DNA of 64,000 bases from Octopus vulgaris. Lineage: Eukaryota. Each line of letters begins with the position of its first letter. Position 1 is the first letter of the stretch. Of this stretch, positions 1-11,792 are shown one piece after another. The notes under the pieces were generated by a model. The model made no database searches. It was given only the letters and a program-made list of their open reading frames with translations, and was not told the DNA's origin. The stretch covers positions 38,688,001 through 38,752,000 of the forward strand of contig OX597835.1 in NCBI GenBank assembly GCA_951406725.2, in the 5' to 3' direction. The position numbers and the translations under genes were made by a program.

Positions 1-82
1 TTCACTATAAAATTATTTTAGCATTTTCTATTTTTGACTTGTTTTTTCATATATATCAACTCGTGTGTTCCTTTTCACCCTT

Positions 83-174
<92 letters not shown>

Positions 175-391
175 CAACTCAATTCATGCGAAGCAAATGA
201 TGGTGATATCTGGAACAATAAAAACTGCATGAGCTTCTAAAGACTTAAACAATAATAAACGGAACACATGATGCTTTTCTTCGCAACCTTACTTCGTAGC
301 AGGTGGTCGGCCAAAATTAGAAAGTGGAAAAGCAAACGCATACATATTCACCTGTACATACACGTGCACACACACGCATACACACGCACTC

Positions 392-526
<135 letters not shown>

Positions 527-630
527 CATACAGTCTATTTATCCCACGCACTGACGCAATAACGCGATAGAGGGAATTTATCGATCGTTTGTGATCATCA
601 AAGCAATCCAACAAATAGTGATCGATACTT

Positions 631-813
631 TTGTTGCTGTTGTTATCGTTGTTGTCGTTGTTGTTGTTGTTGTTCTGGTGGTGATGGTGTTGCTGCTGGT
701 GATAGTGCTGGCTGTGATGGCGGCGGCCGTGGTGGTGGTGGTGGTGGTGGTGGTGGTGGTGGTGGTGGTGGTGGTGGTGGTTGTACTGGTGGTGATAGTG
801 GCGGCGGCGGCGC
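631..813. repeat. Compound (GTT)n/(GGT)n/(GGC)n trinucleotide tract
   Basis: Direct reading. Confidence 0.95.
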
Positions 814-1163
814 CGATGTAGCTCCAGGTCAACTTCGATCAATTTCTCCGTAAGATCAAAGATATCGTAACCAATTATTATCTTTTATTTTATTTTTTTT
901 TTTTTCAATTTTACCTACAACTTAATCTGGCATCTTTTGTTCATATTTTCTCGTCATTGCTTTCTTGTTAAGACTGCAAGGCTTATAGTTTGAGGGATAT
1001 GATGCTAGTATTTCTAGCATGACAAGTGACTACATAAAGGATCCTGATCAGAAAACGTAAAGAAATACGACATTTTGTGCAGTATATGTCATCTTGAGTG
1101 TTCTTACGGATTTATTGACGGTCAGCCGATGCGTATCGTTTTCTGTTATACGTGGGGATGCGA

Positions 1164-1805
1164 AGGCGGTGAGCTGGCAGAATGGTTAGCACGTCAGGGC
1201 GAAATGCTTGGCGGTATTTCGTCTGCCGCTACGTTCTGAGTTTAAATTCCGCCGAGGTCGACTTTGCCTTTCATCCTTTCGGGGTCGATTAAATAAGTAC
1301 CAGTTACGCACTGGGGTCGATATAATTAACTTAATCCGTTTGTTTTTCCATGTTTGTCCTCTCTGTGTTTAGCCCCTTGTGGGTAGTAAAGAAATAGGAA
1401 ATAGGTATTTCGTATGCCGCTACGTTCTGAGTTCAAATTTCGCCGAGGTCGACTTTGCCTTTCATCTTTCCGGGGTCTATTAAATAAGTACCAGTTACGC
1501 ACTGGGGTCGATATAATCGACTTAATCTGTTTGTTTGTCCTTGTTTGTCCCCTGTGTGTTTAGCCCCTTGTGGCTAGTAAAGAAATAGATATTTCGTCTG
1601 CCGCTACGTTCTGAGTTCAAATTCCGCCGAGGTGGACTTTGCCTTTCATCCTTCCGGGGTCGATTAAATAAGTACCAGTTACGCACTGGGGTCGATGTAA
1701 TCGACTTAATGTCTTTGTCTGTCCTTGTTTGTCCCCTCTATGTTTAGCCCCTTTTGAGTAGTAAAGAAATAGGTATTTCGTCTGCCGCTTCGTCCTGAGT
1801 TCAAT
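1164..1805 (+). mobile_element. SINE family A (tRNA-like head plus Nin/Deu-type domain), tandem multimer of about 3.2 units
   Basis: A-box-like GAGCTGGCAGAA, B-box GTTCAAATTCC, central GCCTTTCATCCTTTCGGGGTCGATTAAATAAGTACCAG resembling the Nin/Deu SINE domain. Head-less units restart at GTATTTCGT-like sequence near 1406, 1589 and 1773. Confidence 0.9.
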
Positions 1806-2284
1806 GTTAACTATGTAGCCGGGAACTGATGTATTTCTGTGCGGTTCAGAAGTTCGCTCTGTAACGATGTGGCTTCAGTTTCGATCCCAGTGCATGTCAT
1901 ATCAGGCAAAGTACCTACTTTTTAAAATTCTTATTACCATGGCTTCAGGTTTACCAATAGCTTGTAAGTTTCAGTTTCTAAGCAGAAATACAGCACAAGT
2001 TCTTTGTCCTTATGTTCTTTTATGGTTTTAATTATTTGAAGACTTCCTGTAACGAGGGAGATGGTTTGCAATACAGATACAAAGTCCATCATTAAACTGT
2101 AGATAACAAAAGCTACATCACTTTCTTGAGCATAGGAAAAGTCTTGCATAATTTTACTGTTCCACTTACAGATTTTATTTGTCATGTGAGTGTTAGGTGT
2201 TTGATCACTTTTTCGGAAAATTCCAGCTTTTGCCGATTGTCACTTAGGTATTTACTTCTAAAACCAAGTTCGACAATTATTGGG

Positions 2285-2492
2285 TTCAAATTTTGGGACA
2301 AGGCCAGCAATTGAATTGTGGGTAAGTTGATTAGATTACCCCCCGGTGCTCAAATCGTACTTATTTTATCGACCCCGAAAGGATGAAAGGCAAAGTTGAC
2401 TTCGGTAGAATTCGAACTCAGAACACAAAGACGGACGAAATGCCGCTAAGCATTTGTCCAGCATGCTAACGATTTTGCCAGCTCGACGCCTT
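2285..2492 (-). mobile_element. SINE family A, alternative-tail subfamily
   Basis: Reverse complement of the family A head and core (TTTATCGACCCCGAAAGGATGAAAGGCAAAGT...GCCAGCTCGACGCCTT) with a GGCCTTGT-type 3' tail. Confidence 0.85.
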
Positions 2493-3230
2493 AAACTTCA
2501 CCAATTATTATTGGTATAAAAATGAATTTATAATCTTGATATAGAAACTGGAGATTTCAAAGCAGAAGCCCGTAGTTATCCTCTTTCTCTTTGACTTTCC
2601 AAGATATATTCACATCACCAGGGCAACCGATCTCTTTGATGGTACACGCTTTATATTTCTCCGTTCAAAGCGTGTATACCAGCTCCTTTATATTTGCTCT
2701 TGGTTGAAGCTTTGATGGGAATGTATGGAAATATGTATGTATGCATGTTTGTGCGTGTGTTTACTTCTGTTTGCGGTTATGCGGTTTATACAGCACCAGA
2801 GTTTACTTAAAAGTATAAAACGATCCAGCAACAAAATCGTGACTTAGACAATCGGTAAAATATCATCAATAAAACAGAATTGACAAAAATCCTAAGTACA
2901 ATAACCAGGGCCTTCTTAACAATATTATAGATCACCGGGCGAATCAATACACTGCATCTTACAGTATTTATTTATTGACAGTAAGCCACAGCGTACATTG
3001 GTAATAATCGGAAGGAGACGGTTGGGCGCAGCTATTTAGGCGCTGCGAATTTCGCATGGCTGACTGGCCGGTTAACTTTGTTTAGTGGTATACCCACACG
3101 CTCAGATAGGAGTGAGAAGGAGATGGCATAATGAGATATATTTCAAATATATTTATTGAACATAATTGTAAAAACATTTCCCTTCTCTTCAGACGCATAT
3201 AGAAAAACAAACAAGGAGACAGAGAGAGAA

Positions 3231-3303
<73 letters not shown>

Positions 3304-3809
3304 GGGCAGCTGGAGTGAACGGCAAATGCGTTAAAGCGAGAGAAACATTAAAACATCCAATGTCAAATAAGACAACGTCGAATCAGCAACATCAAATAGG
3401 CGGCGACAAAACGGCTGTGTCTAAACGCCTCATATCCTTTCAGAAATGGGCCACTAGACCCCTGAGGCCAGCGAAAATCTACCCAGTGAGCCCATGCTTT
3501 GAGACAGCCCTGAATACACAAACACACACATACACACATATGCATACATACAACCACACACATGTATATTATACTTTTATTAGAAGTGTAGTGGCAGTGG
3601 CCTTGACGTTTCGGCCTGATAGCCTTCGTCGGACTTGCTGACTTATGATGACTATGGACTCTTATCAAAATACAAATACATGAAGACGGACCAAATGCCG
3701 CAAAGCATTTTGTCCGGCGTGCTAATGACTGCCAACATTCCACCTTACTGAGTGGGAAAATATTACGCGGCAAGAGATGTACAGAGCAGGAGAAAGCGAG
3801 AGAAAGGAA

Positions 3810-3840
<31 letters not shown>

Positions 3841-3945
3841 GACTAGAGTGACAGTCAAAGAAAGAGATGGAGACAAAGGGGACAGAGACAGGACAGAAGG
3901 AGAAGAGACTTTACATTATTCATTTGTGTAGACTGGAGTGCGATA

Positions 3946-4010
<65 letters not shown>

Positions 4011-4012
<2 letters not shown>

Positions 4013-4228
4013 AGTTAATCCAAACATGAAAACACAAAGAGAAAACACAACAACGCGAGGACGTGGAACAAGTATAGTGTTATTGGCCGCTCAGGAAAGG
4101 AACGAAAGAAGGAGGGTTTAATGTTTCGACTGGAGCTCTTTGTCGGAAACACAGGAAAAGGAAAGGTCCAAGGAAGGGAAGACGGAGAAAGAAAATCGCC
4201 AACAGTACACACGCGGTCACATTTTGAA
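4011..4228 (-). mobile_element. Penelope-type pseudo-LTR fragment with a degenerate minimal hammerhead (4116-4150)
   Basis: Minus strand GTTT-CCGACAA-A-GAGC-TCC-AGTC-GAAA-CA-TT-AAAC. Partial second copy of the element end at about 43437-43505. Confidence 0.5.
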
Positions 4229-4245
4229 TATATATATATAGATAG

Positions 4246-4312
<67 letters not shown>

Positions 4313-4547
4313 GAGAGAGAGAGAGACAGACAGATAGATAGACAGACAGACAGACAGATAGCTAGCTAGCTAGCTAGATAGATAGATAGATAGAGAGATA
4401 GAGAGAGAGAGACAGAGACAGAGAGAGAGACAGACAGACAGACAGATAGATAGACAGACAGTCAGACAGACAGACAGTCAGTCAGACAGACGGATCGATG
4501 GATGGATGGATAGACAGACAGACAGAGGACAGACGGATGGATGGATG

Positions 4548-4585
<38 letters not shown>

Positions 4586-4589
4586 TAGC

Positions 4590-4637
<48 letters not shown>

Positions 4638-4740
4638 CAGACAGACAGGCAGATAGATAGACAGACAGACAGACAGACGGATCGATGGATGGATGGATAG
4701 ACAGACAGACAGACAGACAGATAGATAGATAGATAGATAG

Positions 4741-4798
<58 letters not shown>
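4229..4798. repeat. Compound (GATA)n/(GA)n/(GACA)n/(GATG)n microsatellite
   Basis: Direct reading; a similar tract lies at 14442-14811. Confidence 0.97.
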
Positions 4799-5660
4799 GA
4801 TTTGCATACATGACCAAACGCATATGGACATGATTGTAGATTTTGACCGGGTAGATCGATCGATAGACGCAGCGTGCAATTGTTGACTAGCTAGATACGT
4901 ATGTATAAATAATTTTCTGGGTGCCTAGACACGAAGTGTATATGGAGATATGGATTAACCAACTACACACAATGCAGTCTTAAAGCGCCGTTGTACTGAC
5001 ACAATGAACAGAGTTCACCTCTATAAACACACCACGTCACGTAGTTGTAAGAGACGAAGGCTGTAAATCGATGTTAGTGTCACAGTCACAGTCGGTTGGT
5101 GTCTATTTTCGTTGCGAGTTAGGTGTGGGAGAATTGGTTAATTCATAAATTAGATTAATTATCACAGTGTGTTAATTGACCGAATTTTATGGAACCCCCC
5201 GTGGCAGCAGACGATGAAAATAACGCCAGCTTTAATATCCTGTTTAATTCGTTAAATATCTGCAATTATTTAACCAACAATATTACCAACAACGACAACA
5301 AATAACAACGACAATGGCATGAAATTAAATCCAGCTTTGTGTCGATGAATTTCAAGAGAAACACCACCGCGACGAAAATAGCGAACCGACTCGAGCCATG
5401 CCTGGTTCATTAGGGCCGGTTTCCCGGTTTCCTTGGCGTATAGGTTCCCCGCCTGGAACTTAATGAATGTAAATAAAACGCATGTGATGTCATGAAGAGT
5501 CCCCTTCTAGGTTGTCAAACTCCTTAAAAAAATATTCCTCAAACATTGCTACTTGCGGTTTAAAGTTAATCATTGACCCAGATCAGATGAGAAACTTGGG
5601 CAGTAGTAAGCCTAGGATATGTGTAAAATATGTGTCATTCTAAATATAATGTAATATTTT

Positions 5661-5926
5661 TGTTCCTTCTCGTGCCACGCTTGGCTCATAAGGGCCTATT
5701 ACCCGGTTTCCTTGGCGTATAGGTTCCCCACCTGGACGGGACGCCGGTCCGTCACAGGTAAGTTGTGGCGAAAGAGTCAGCAGAAGTTCGCCATTACCTT
5801 CCGCCGGAGCCGCGTGGAGCTTAAGTGTTTCGCTCATAAACACACACATCGTCCGGTCTGAGATTCGAACCTGCAATCCCTCGACCGCGAGTCCGCTGCT
5901 CTAACCACTAGGCCATGTGCCTCCAC
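5661..5926 (-). mobile_element. SINE family C (tRNA-derived)
   Basis: Minus-strand head GGCCTAGTGGTTAGAGCAGCGGACTCGCGGTCGAGGG...GGTTCGAATCTC. Homologous to 15412-15716, with partial 3' ends at about 5389-5458 and 53190-53248. Confidence 0.9.
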
Positions 5927-6476
5927 GAACCTCTACCAAACGCCTGGCTAATCTGACAAAGCAGGATGCATCAGAAACGGCCCAGCATCAGACACACTGC
6001 GTAATGTAATTTTTCATCAGACGTGCCATTTTGAAAGTGCTACAGGCCACAGATTGTCCATGACTGCTCTATAGTGTCGCTCAACCTGCTAGAAATAGCA
6101 GCAAATTCTCCCATAAATCATAACCATCTGTCATATAAAAAAAAAGGAACACGTCGGTTAATGTGATCCTGCGTTCCTTCTATATAAAATACGAATGAGA
6201 TGACCATGTCAAAATTGTCTGACCGCAAGTCTACTCGATCGGGGCTGACCTAGGGGTAAGTACGGCCATTCTTATGAAGGTTGAAGCAAAACAGGTTTCC
6301 AAGAATGTTTAGAATGCCCAGAATAATCACTACGTACCTGTAAAAGTATGTTTAACGGTTTGCTTTCGAACAGATACCGATACTGTAGCAATTTCTTCCA
6401 GATCAACGCAGCGTTCTGTTTATCATGAAGTCTTTTTGTCACGTACGTCACATCAGGTTAATAAGAACTGTGACCA

Positions 6477-6910
6477 CGTTGCTGGATGTTTTTCGGGCCA
6501 TTCTTGCGTGACCTACGTGTCCAGAAAAATCATTAGCATTTTTTTTTTTTTTTTGTTTTAATTTAAATTCCAAGTTCAGTGTAAATAAACACCATGATGC
6601 TTTTTTATGTTGCTCTTGAGAAATTCAGAAGAATTAGCAGGAAATATTTTCAGGTGAACAAAAAATTCATTTTGTGGCGATGATGTCACGTACGTCACAC
6701 CTTTTGGATCCTTTTCAAAAAATTCACACATCCTAGATAAAAACTTTCTTTTGTTTAATATTTTTGCTTGGGCAATCAAAGTTTATTGTGAAAAACGAAT
6801 CAATACAATTCTTGTAAATGGCGAAGATTTAGAGCTTAGATATTTCATAATTTGTGTCTCAGGCTATCACGTAGGTCACGCAAGAATGGCCTGATAAACA
6901 TCCAGCGACG
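6477..6910. mobile_element. MITE-like element with ~43-bp inverted repeats
   Basis: 6477-6519 CGTTGCTGGATGTTTTTCGGGCCATTCTTGCGTGACCTACGTG versus the reverse complement of 6868-6910 CGTCGCTGGATGTTTATCAGGCCATTCTTGCGTGACCTACGTG. Confidence 0.7.
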
Positions 6911-6929
6911 CCAAAATTAATTTCTGACA

Positions 6930-7297
6930 TAGACACAAGGTCAGAAATTTTGTGTATTATCGATTATATCAATCCCAATAATTGACTAATATAGTATTTT
7001 ATTAACTTTAGAAGGTTGCAATGCCAAGTTGATCTTGATGGGGTTTAAACTCAGAACGTGTTGACGCGGAACAAATGCTGCAAGTTATTCTACCCAACGC
7101 TTCATCAACCCAGTCTCACCACCTGAATAGTGTTGAATAGCAGATAAATAACCTATTTTTTTACTACTCACAAGGAGCTAAACACAGAGAGGACAGACAA
7201 ATGGATTAGGTCGATTACATCTACCCCAGTGCGTAACTGGTACTTAATTTATCGACCCCGAAAGGATAAAAGGCAAAGTCGACCTCGTCGGAATTCA
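6930..7297 (-). mobile_element. SINE family A fragments (one old, one younger)
   Basis: Reverse-complement core TTTATCGACCCCGAAAGGATAAAAGGCAAAGTCGACCTCG and tail. Confidence 0.75.
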
Positions 7298-7460
7298 GTT
7301 TAAGGAAGACATGGCTGTTCTTTTTAGCAAATCGAAAAGCCATGTAAAGGTTTTGTCTCAGTAACGATGGAGATCAGCACGCACGTAATGGAGGCTTTCG
7401 ATTGGCTAAAATCACATAACTTTAAATGCTTCTAACTTCTTTATTATTAATTGTTATAAT

Positions 7461-7640
7461 AAGGTAGAGAGCTTGCAGAATAGCTAGCGCATCGGAAAAA
7501 ATGCTTACCAACATTCATCCGGCTTAAGTTCAAATTCTGCCAAGGCCGATTTTGTCTATCATTTCAGGTTCGATAAAATAAGGATGAGTTGAGCACTAGG
7601 GTGCCGATGTAAACGGGTTACTCCCGTCCCTCAAAATTAC
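7461..7640 (+). mobile_element. SINE family A, diverged
   Basis: GAGCTTGCAGAA head, GTTCAAATTCTGCC, TCGATAAAATAAG core. Confidence 0.65.
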
Positions 7641-8110
7641 GTAGAACGAATTATCAATTTCTATAAAAACAAAACACAAAAAATAACAATAAAGAAATTG
7701 AAAGAAATTTAACAAAATCAGGGCTAAACAACTACCCGCAAAATATAAATAAAAAATATATGTACGTTTTCACACCTAGGGACCTCTCGTTTAAAGTAAA
7801 CTGATATTGCAGCCCAACCTGCACCCCATTAACAAAGGGCTGTCACTAATGTTTTGTAAATTGAAATAACATAACTCTGTAAATAGAGTTAGAGAAGGGC
7901 TGAGTTATTTGATCAGTGGGGTGCACGATATGTGGACGCTAGGGTAGGGACGAGGTGAGGGCAGGGAAATGCGGGCAATAATGAGTGGATTGACTACTGA
8001 TCTGTATATACACCCGTCCAATGAAATATGTCTGACATTTCCGCTAGGTACTTATTAGCCCGAAGGAAAATGTATGTAAGCATGTATGTATGTGAGTGTG
8101 TGTATACATG

Positions 8111-8168
<58 letters not shown>

Positions 8169-8399
8169 TATATACATACATATGTATCTATATGCATACA
8201 CATATATATATACAATTATATATGTGTGTGCAAGTATACCCGCATATACACACATATATAAATATACATGTATATTTATATATATACTAAAATATGTATT
8301 TATACATATTATATATATATATACACTAAAATATGTATATATACATATATATATGTATATTTATATATATATGTATATATGTATATATATATACATATA

Positions 8400-8458
<59 letters not shown>

Positions 8459-8477
8459 ATATCTATCTATTTATCTA

Positions 8478-8514
<37 letters not shown>

Positions 8515-8561
8515 GTGTAGATATATATGAACATATGTGTATGTATATTTATATATATATT

Positions 8562-8647
<86 letters not shown>

Positions 8648-9231
8648 TGTATGTATAATCTGCTTTTGAGTAAATGAATTAAAGGAACTATTCCAGACTT
8701 ACAAAACGGTAACCACGAGCTATGAAAGCTTCGCAGAATTCAATTCTCTAGGCGTCAACAAGTACATCTTTAACGATGGTCCGAGGTATTAATGTAAATA
8801 TTTGTCGCAATGCATCAAAAATACGTCGTAAAACCGCAACTAACTAATTTACTGAATAAACTAAGTCTTTGAGTGTAATGAATATTTACGATGTACTTAC
8901 TGTAAACAAAACGATAGGCAAACAAGAAACAGTTTGAAAGATATATGTGTGTTAAAACGCACATAAACTGGGACACAACTGTGTTTCTGAATACGAGCTG
9001 CTTTCATAATCACACCACGAGAATCATTGCAGACCGAGGAATAAATAAAATAAATTCAATTTTAGCCAGGTTATATACTTTTGCAGCCGCGGGGTTACAA
9101 GTCACAGGGTTGTTGATATTAGGTAAATTGCTCGATATTCAAAGTGTCATCTTTTTAATTTTTTTCTGGAGAACAGCGTAGCACAATTTTCTTCAGTAAA
9201 TACAGCAGCGTACCTTTACATATATGCTTCA

Positions 9232-9293
<62 letters not shown>

Positions 9294-9481
9294 CTGGTTT
9301 AATCAATATAAGGCTGGTTTACCAAAAAGTACGTCGAAACTATGCATAGTCCAAAGATGATTAGGGTAAATGTTTTTTAATTTTCCTTCGATTTCTGAAT
9401 TACTACTATTTAGCGGTTTGAGTTTATCTGCTCGTTTTAGTGACTTGAATGGCCTATTAAGGCCATTCCTTACTATTATTG

Positions 9482-9567
<86 letters not shown>

Positions 9568-9580
9568 GCGTGTAAATATG

Positions 9581-9757
9581 CATCGTTATTCACTACACAC
9601 ATTTTTTCTCTCCTTGTTTTTTCTGTGTACCTTTCTGTAGAAGAGCGTAAGCTCGAAACGTAAAGGGCTTTTTCTATTCCTGAGCGCTATACTAATACAT
9701 CTGTTTGTTTTGTACACCACCTGTCTTCGTCTTTTGTTTTTTTTCGTAAACTTTCCC
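9581..9757 (+). mobile_element. Penelope-type pseudo-LTR element with a variant minimal hammerhead (9631-9666)
   Basis: CTTT-CTGTAGA-A-GAGC-GTAA-GCTC-GAAA-CG-TA-AAGG; near-identical copy at about 29419-29590. Confidence 0.55.
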
Positions 9758-9780
9758 TATATATATATATATATATATTA

Positions 9781-10089
9781 CCCTGATCACCGTGATCGAC
9801 CTGGCTATCAGATGTTGCTACGCATAGCTGGTCACAATGCGCTTCGCTTTGTTTTAGCCTTCAAATGACGCCACCCCGCTGGCTAAGCGAGCAGGCCAAC
9901 AGAAGAAAGAGTGAGAGAAAGTTGTGGCGAAAGAGTACAGCAGGGACTGCCACCACCCCCTGCAGGAGCCTCGTGGAGCTTTTTGGTGTTTTCGCTCAAT
10001 AAACACTCACAACGCCCGGTCTGGGAATCGAAACCGAGATCCTACGACCGCGAGTCCGCTGCTCTAACCACTGGGCCATTGCGCCTCCA
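9781..10089 (-). mobile_element. SINE family C relative with a different 3' half
   Basis: Head GGCCCAGTGGTTAGAGCAGCGGACTCGCGGTCGTAGG shared with family C up to TCTTTCGCCACAACTTTCTCTCAC, then an unrelated tail. Confidence 0.8.
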
Positions 10090-10118
10090 TACACACACAC
10101 ACACACGCACGCACACAC

Positions 10119-10151
<33 letters not shown>

Positions 10152-10154
10152 ATA

Positions 10155-10293
<139 letters not shown>

Positions 10294-10912
10294 CAATAAT
10301 AATAGTGATTGTTTCCTATTAGGAATAAAATGGTTAATAGGACTGCATTTGTTATTGTGCTTGTCTTAATGAAATATTGTTTCATCTTCTGTGATTTTAT
10401 GCATCTGTATTCTATGTATAAGAAAAGAGCATTATGTGATTAAATGTTCGAGATGTGATATGTGGATGACCTTAAATTTGTTGTTAGTTCTACAACTAAT
10501 GTTTGTTATATATATGTGTATATATATATATATATCTGTAAAAAATGAAGTTCGAAAATGCTGCTGTATTATACAATTTTTAATTTTTATATTTACATTA
10601 TAACATGTTTCAGTTCCTGAAATGAACCTTATCAAAAAAAGTTATATATAAAAAAAGACAGCTCATGCCGTCAAACACAAGAAATTCATTTATAATACAC
10701 AACGGAGTCAGACATCTTAGAGTTCATGTATAGTTGATATATAGTTTGAAGTATATGTTCAAAGTGTTCGATGCAGTGGCCCACGGTGGCGATACGTATT
10801 CAATACAAAAAAACAGATCAAAGTGGTGGAAAGCGGTCAATACAGAAGATTGATGTTTCCGAAAGAGCGAGGAATTCATTTTTACCTTAAGCAATTGTGA
10901 TGACCCATGGTG

Positions 10913-10950
<38 letters not shown>

Positions 10951-10952
10951 TG

Positions 10953-11288
10953 TATAGAGGGCATTATTACACCTAAATGCCTCACACTAAGAGGGACAAA
11001 GTCATTACTACCAAAATTACACTAATCATACCTAATGCAGTTCTTCAAAGCAAGACATTTAAAAAACGAATTTATTTCTGTATCACCCGTGATTTCACAA
11101 TTAAAAAATTACGTCTATGATCATCAGCAGAACTGATTCTGAACACATCATAAATAAACGACCAACTTTACCTGGCGAAGACGAACACTCCGGCGAAGCA
11201 CATGGAAATGTTTATAAATCATATATTCGGTAAATGGCGGGCTTTTTCGAACTGCATGTCGGGTAAGAAAAGTATTTCGGAATAAATT
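10953..11288 (-). mobile_element. ~340-nt hammerhead-carrying non-coding element, copy 1
   Basis: Colinear with 36445-36797 (e.g. CTAAGAGGGACAA, CAAAG[C/T]AAGACATTTAAAAAA, TTTCGGAATAAA); 3' end ...GCCCTCTATA next to (TA)n. Confidence 0.8.
11076..11132 (-). ncRNA. Type I hammerhead ribozyme motif
   Basis: UUCUG-CUGAUGA-UCA...UGU-GAAA-UCAC-GG-GUGA-UA-CAGAA: intact core, 5-bp stem I, stem III with a 2-nt loop, weak stem II. Confidence 0.75.
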
Positions 11289-11426
11289 TAACAATTAAGG
11301 ATAACCTCTTAATAAGGAAAAAGGAAAAAAATTATTTTCGAATTCTTTTCTCTTATGAGGTTTTTCATGCTAACTACCTGATAATTTCTTGTTAAGATTC
11401 CTTATTAAGAGGTTATCCTTAATTGT

Positions 11427-11431
<5 letters not shown>
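11286..11431. repeat. Perfect 34-bp inverted repeat around a 78-bp spacer
   Basis: ATTTAACAATTAAGGATAACCTCTTAATAAGGAA (11286-11319) and its exact reverse complement at 11398-11431. Confidence 0.9.
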
Positions 11432-11476
<45 letters not shown>

Positions 11477-11492
11477 TTTATTATATAGAAGG

Positions 11493-11543
11493 AGCTTCTA
11501 CAGGACTAGTACTGTTTCATTCAAGAGAAATCTTCAGGAAGCT
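11493..11543 (-). ncRNA. Type I hammerhead ribozyme motif
   Basis: AGCUUC-CUGAAGA-U-UUC-UCUU-GAA-U-GAAA-CAG-UACUAGUC-CUG-UA-GAAGCU: 6-bp stem I, stem II, 4-bp stem III, GUA cleavage triplet. Confidence 0.8.
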
Positions 11544-11792
11544 ATTTAACAAGAATTGTATTAGCATTTATACATTTAGGCAGGTTTAAAGGAGTGGTGG
11601 TGGGGGACTTTTGGGGGTAGGCATAGCGCAAAATATCATACTTGGGGGAGTGGTCAAGGAGTCAGTGGTAAGTTGAAAGAATAGATAAATAAAAAAATAG
11701 ATAAATAAAAAAATAAAATAAAAATAAAATAAAATAAAAAAAAATAAAAATATATATATATATAAATGTCGAAGCGTTCCATTCACAATCTG

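Noticed and set aside
541-855. Possible first exon (TGACGCAAT upstream, GTAAGA donor at 850)
   Set aside because: Motifs are short and most of the segment is triplet repeat; insufficient support.
1164-1805. CRISPR-like or satellite array
   Set aside because: Units are SINE bodies without unique spacers.
1934-2185. 83-aa ORF on the minus strand
   Set aside because: No recognisable motif or splice context.
3601-3636. Hammerhead-like CCGACGA-AGGC...GCC-GAAA-CG-UC (minus)
   Set aside because: Core altered and stem I does not pair; counted only as a degenerate remnant.
5850-5926. tRNA gene
   Set aside because: tRNA-like head continues into a SINE body; the copy at 15412 has a TSD.
10598-10640. 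Hammerhead-like UUGAUAA-GGUUC...GAACU-GAAA-CAUG-UU (minus)
   Set aside because: Two core substitutions and poor stem I; remnant only.
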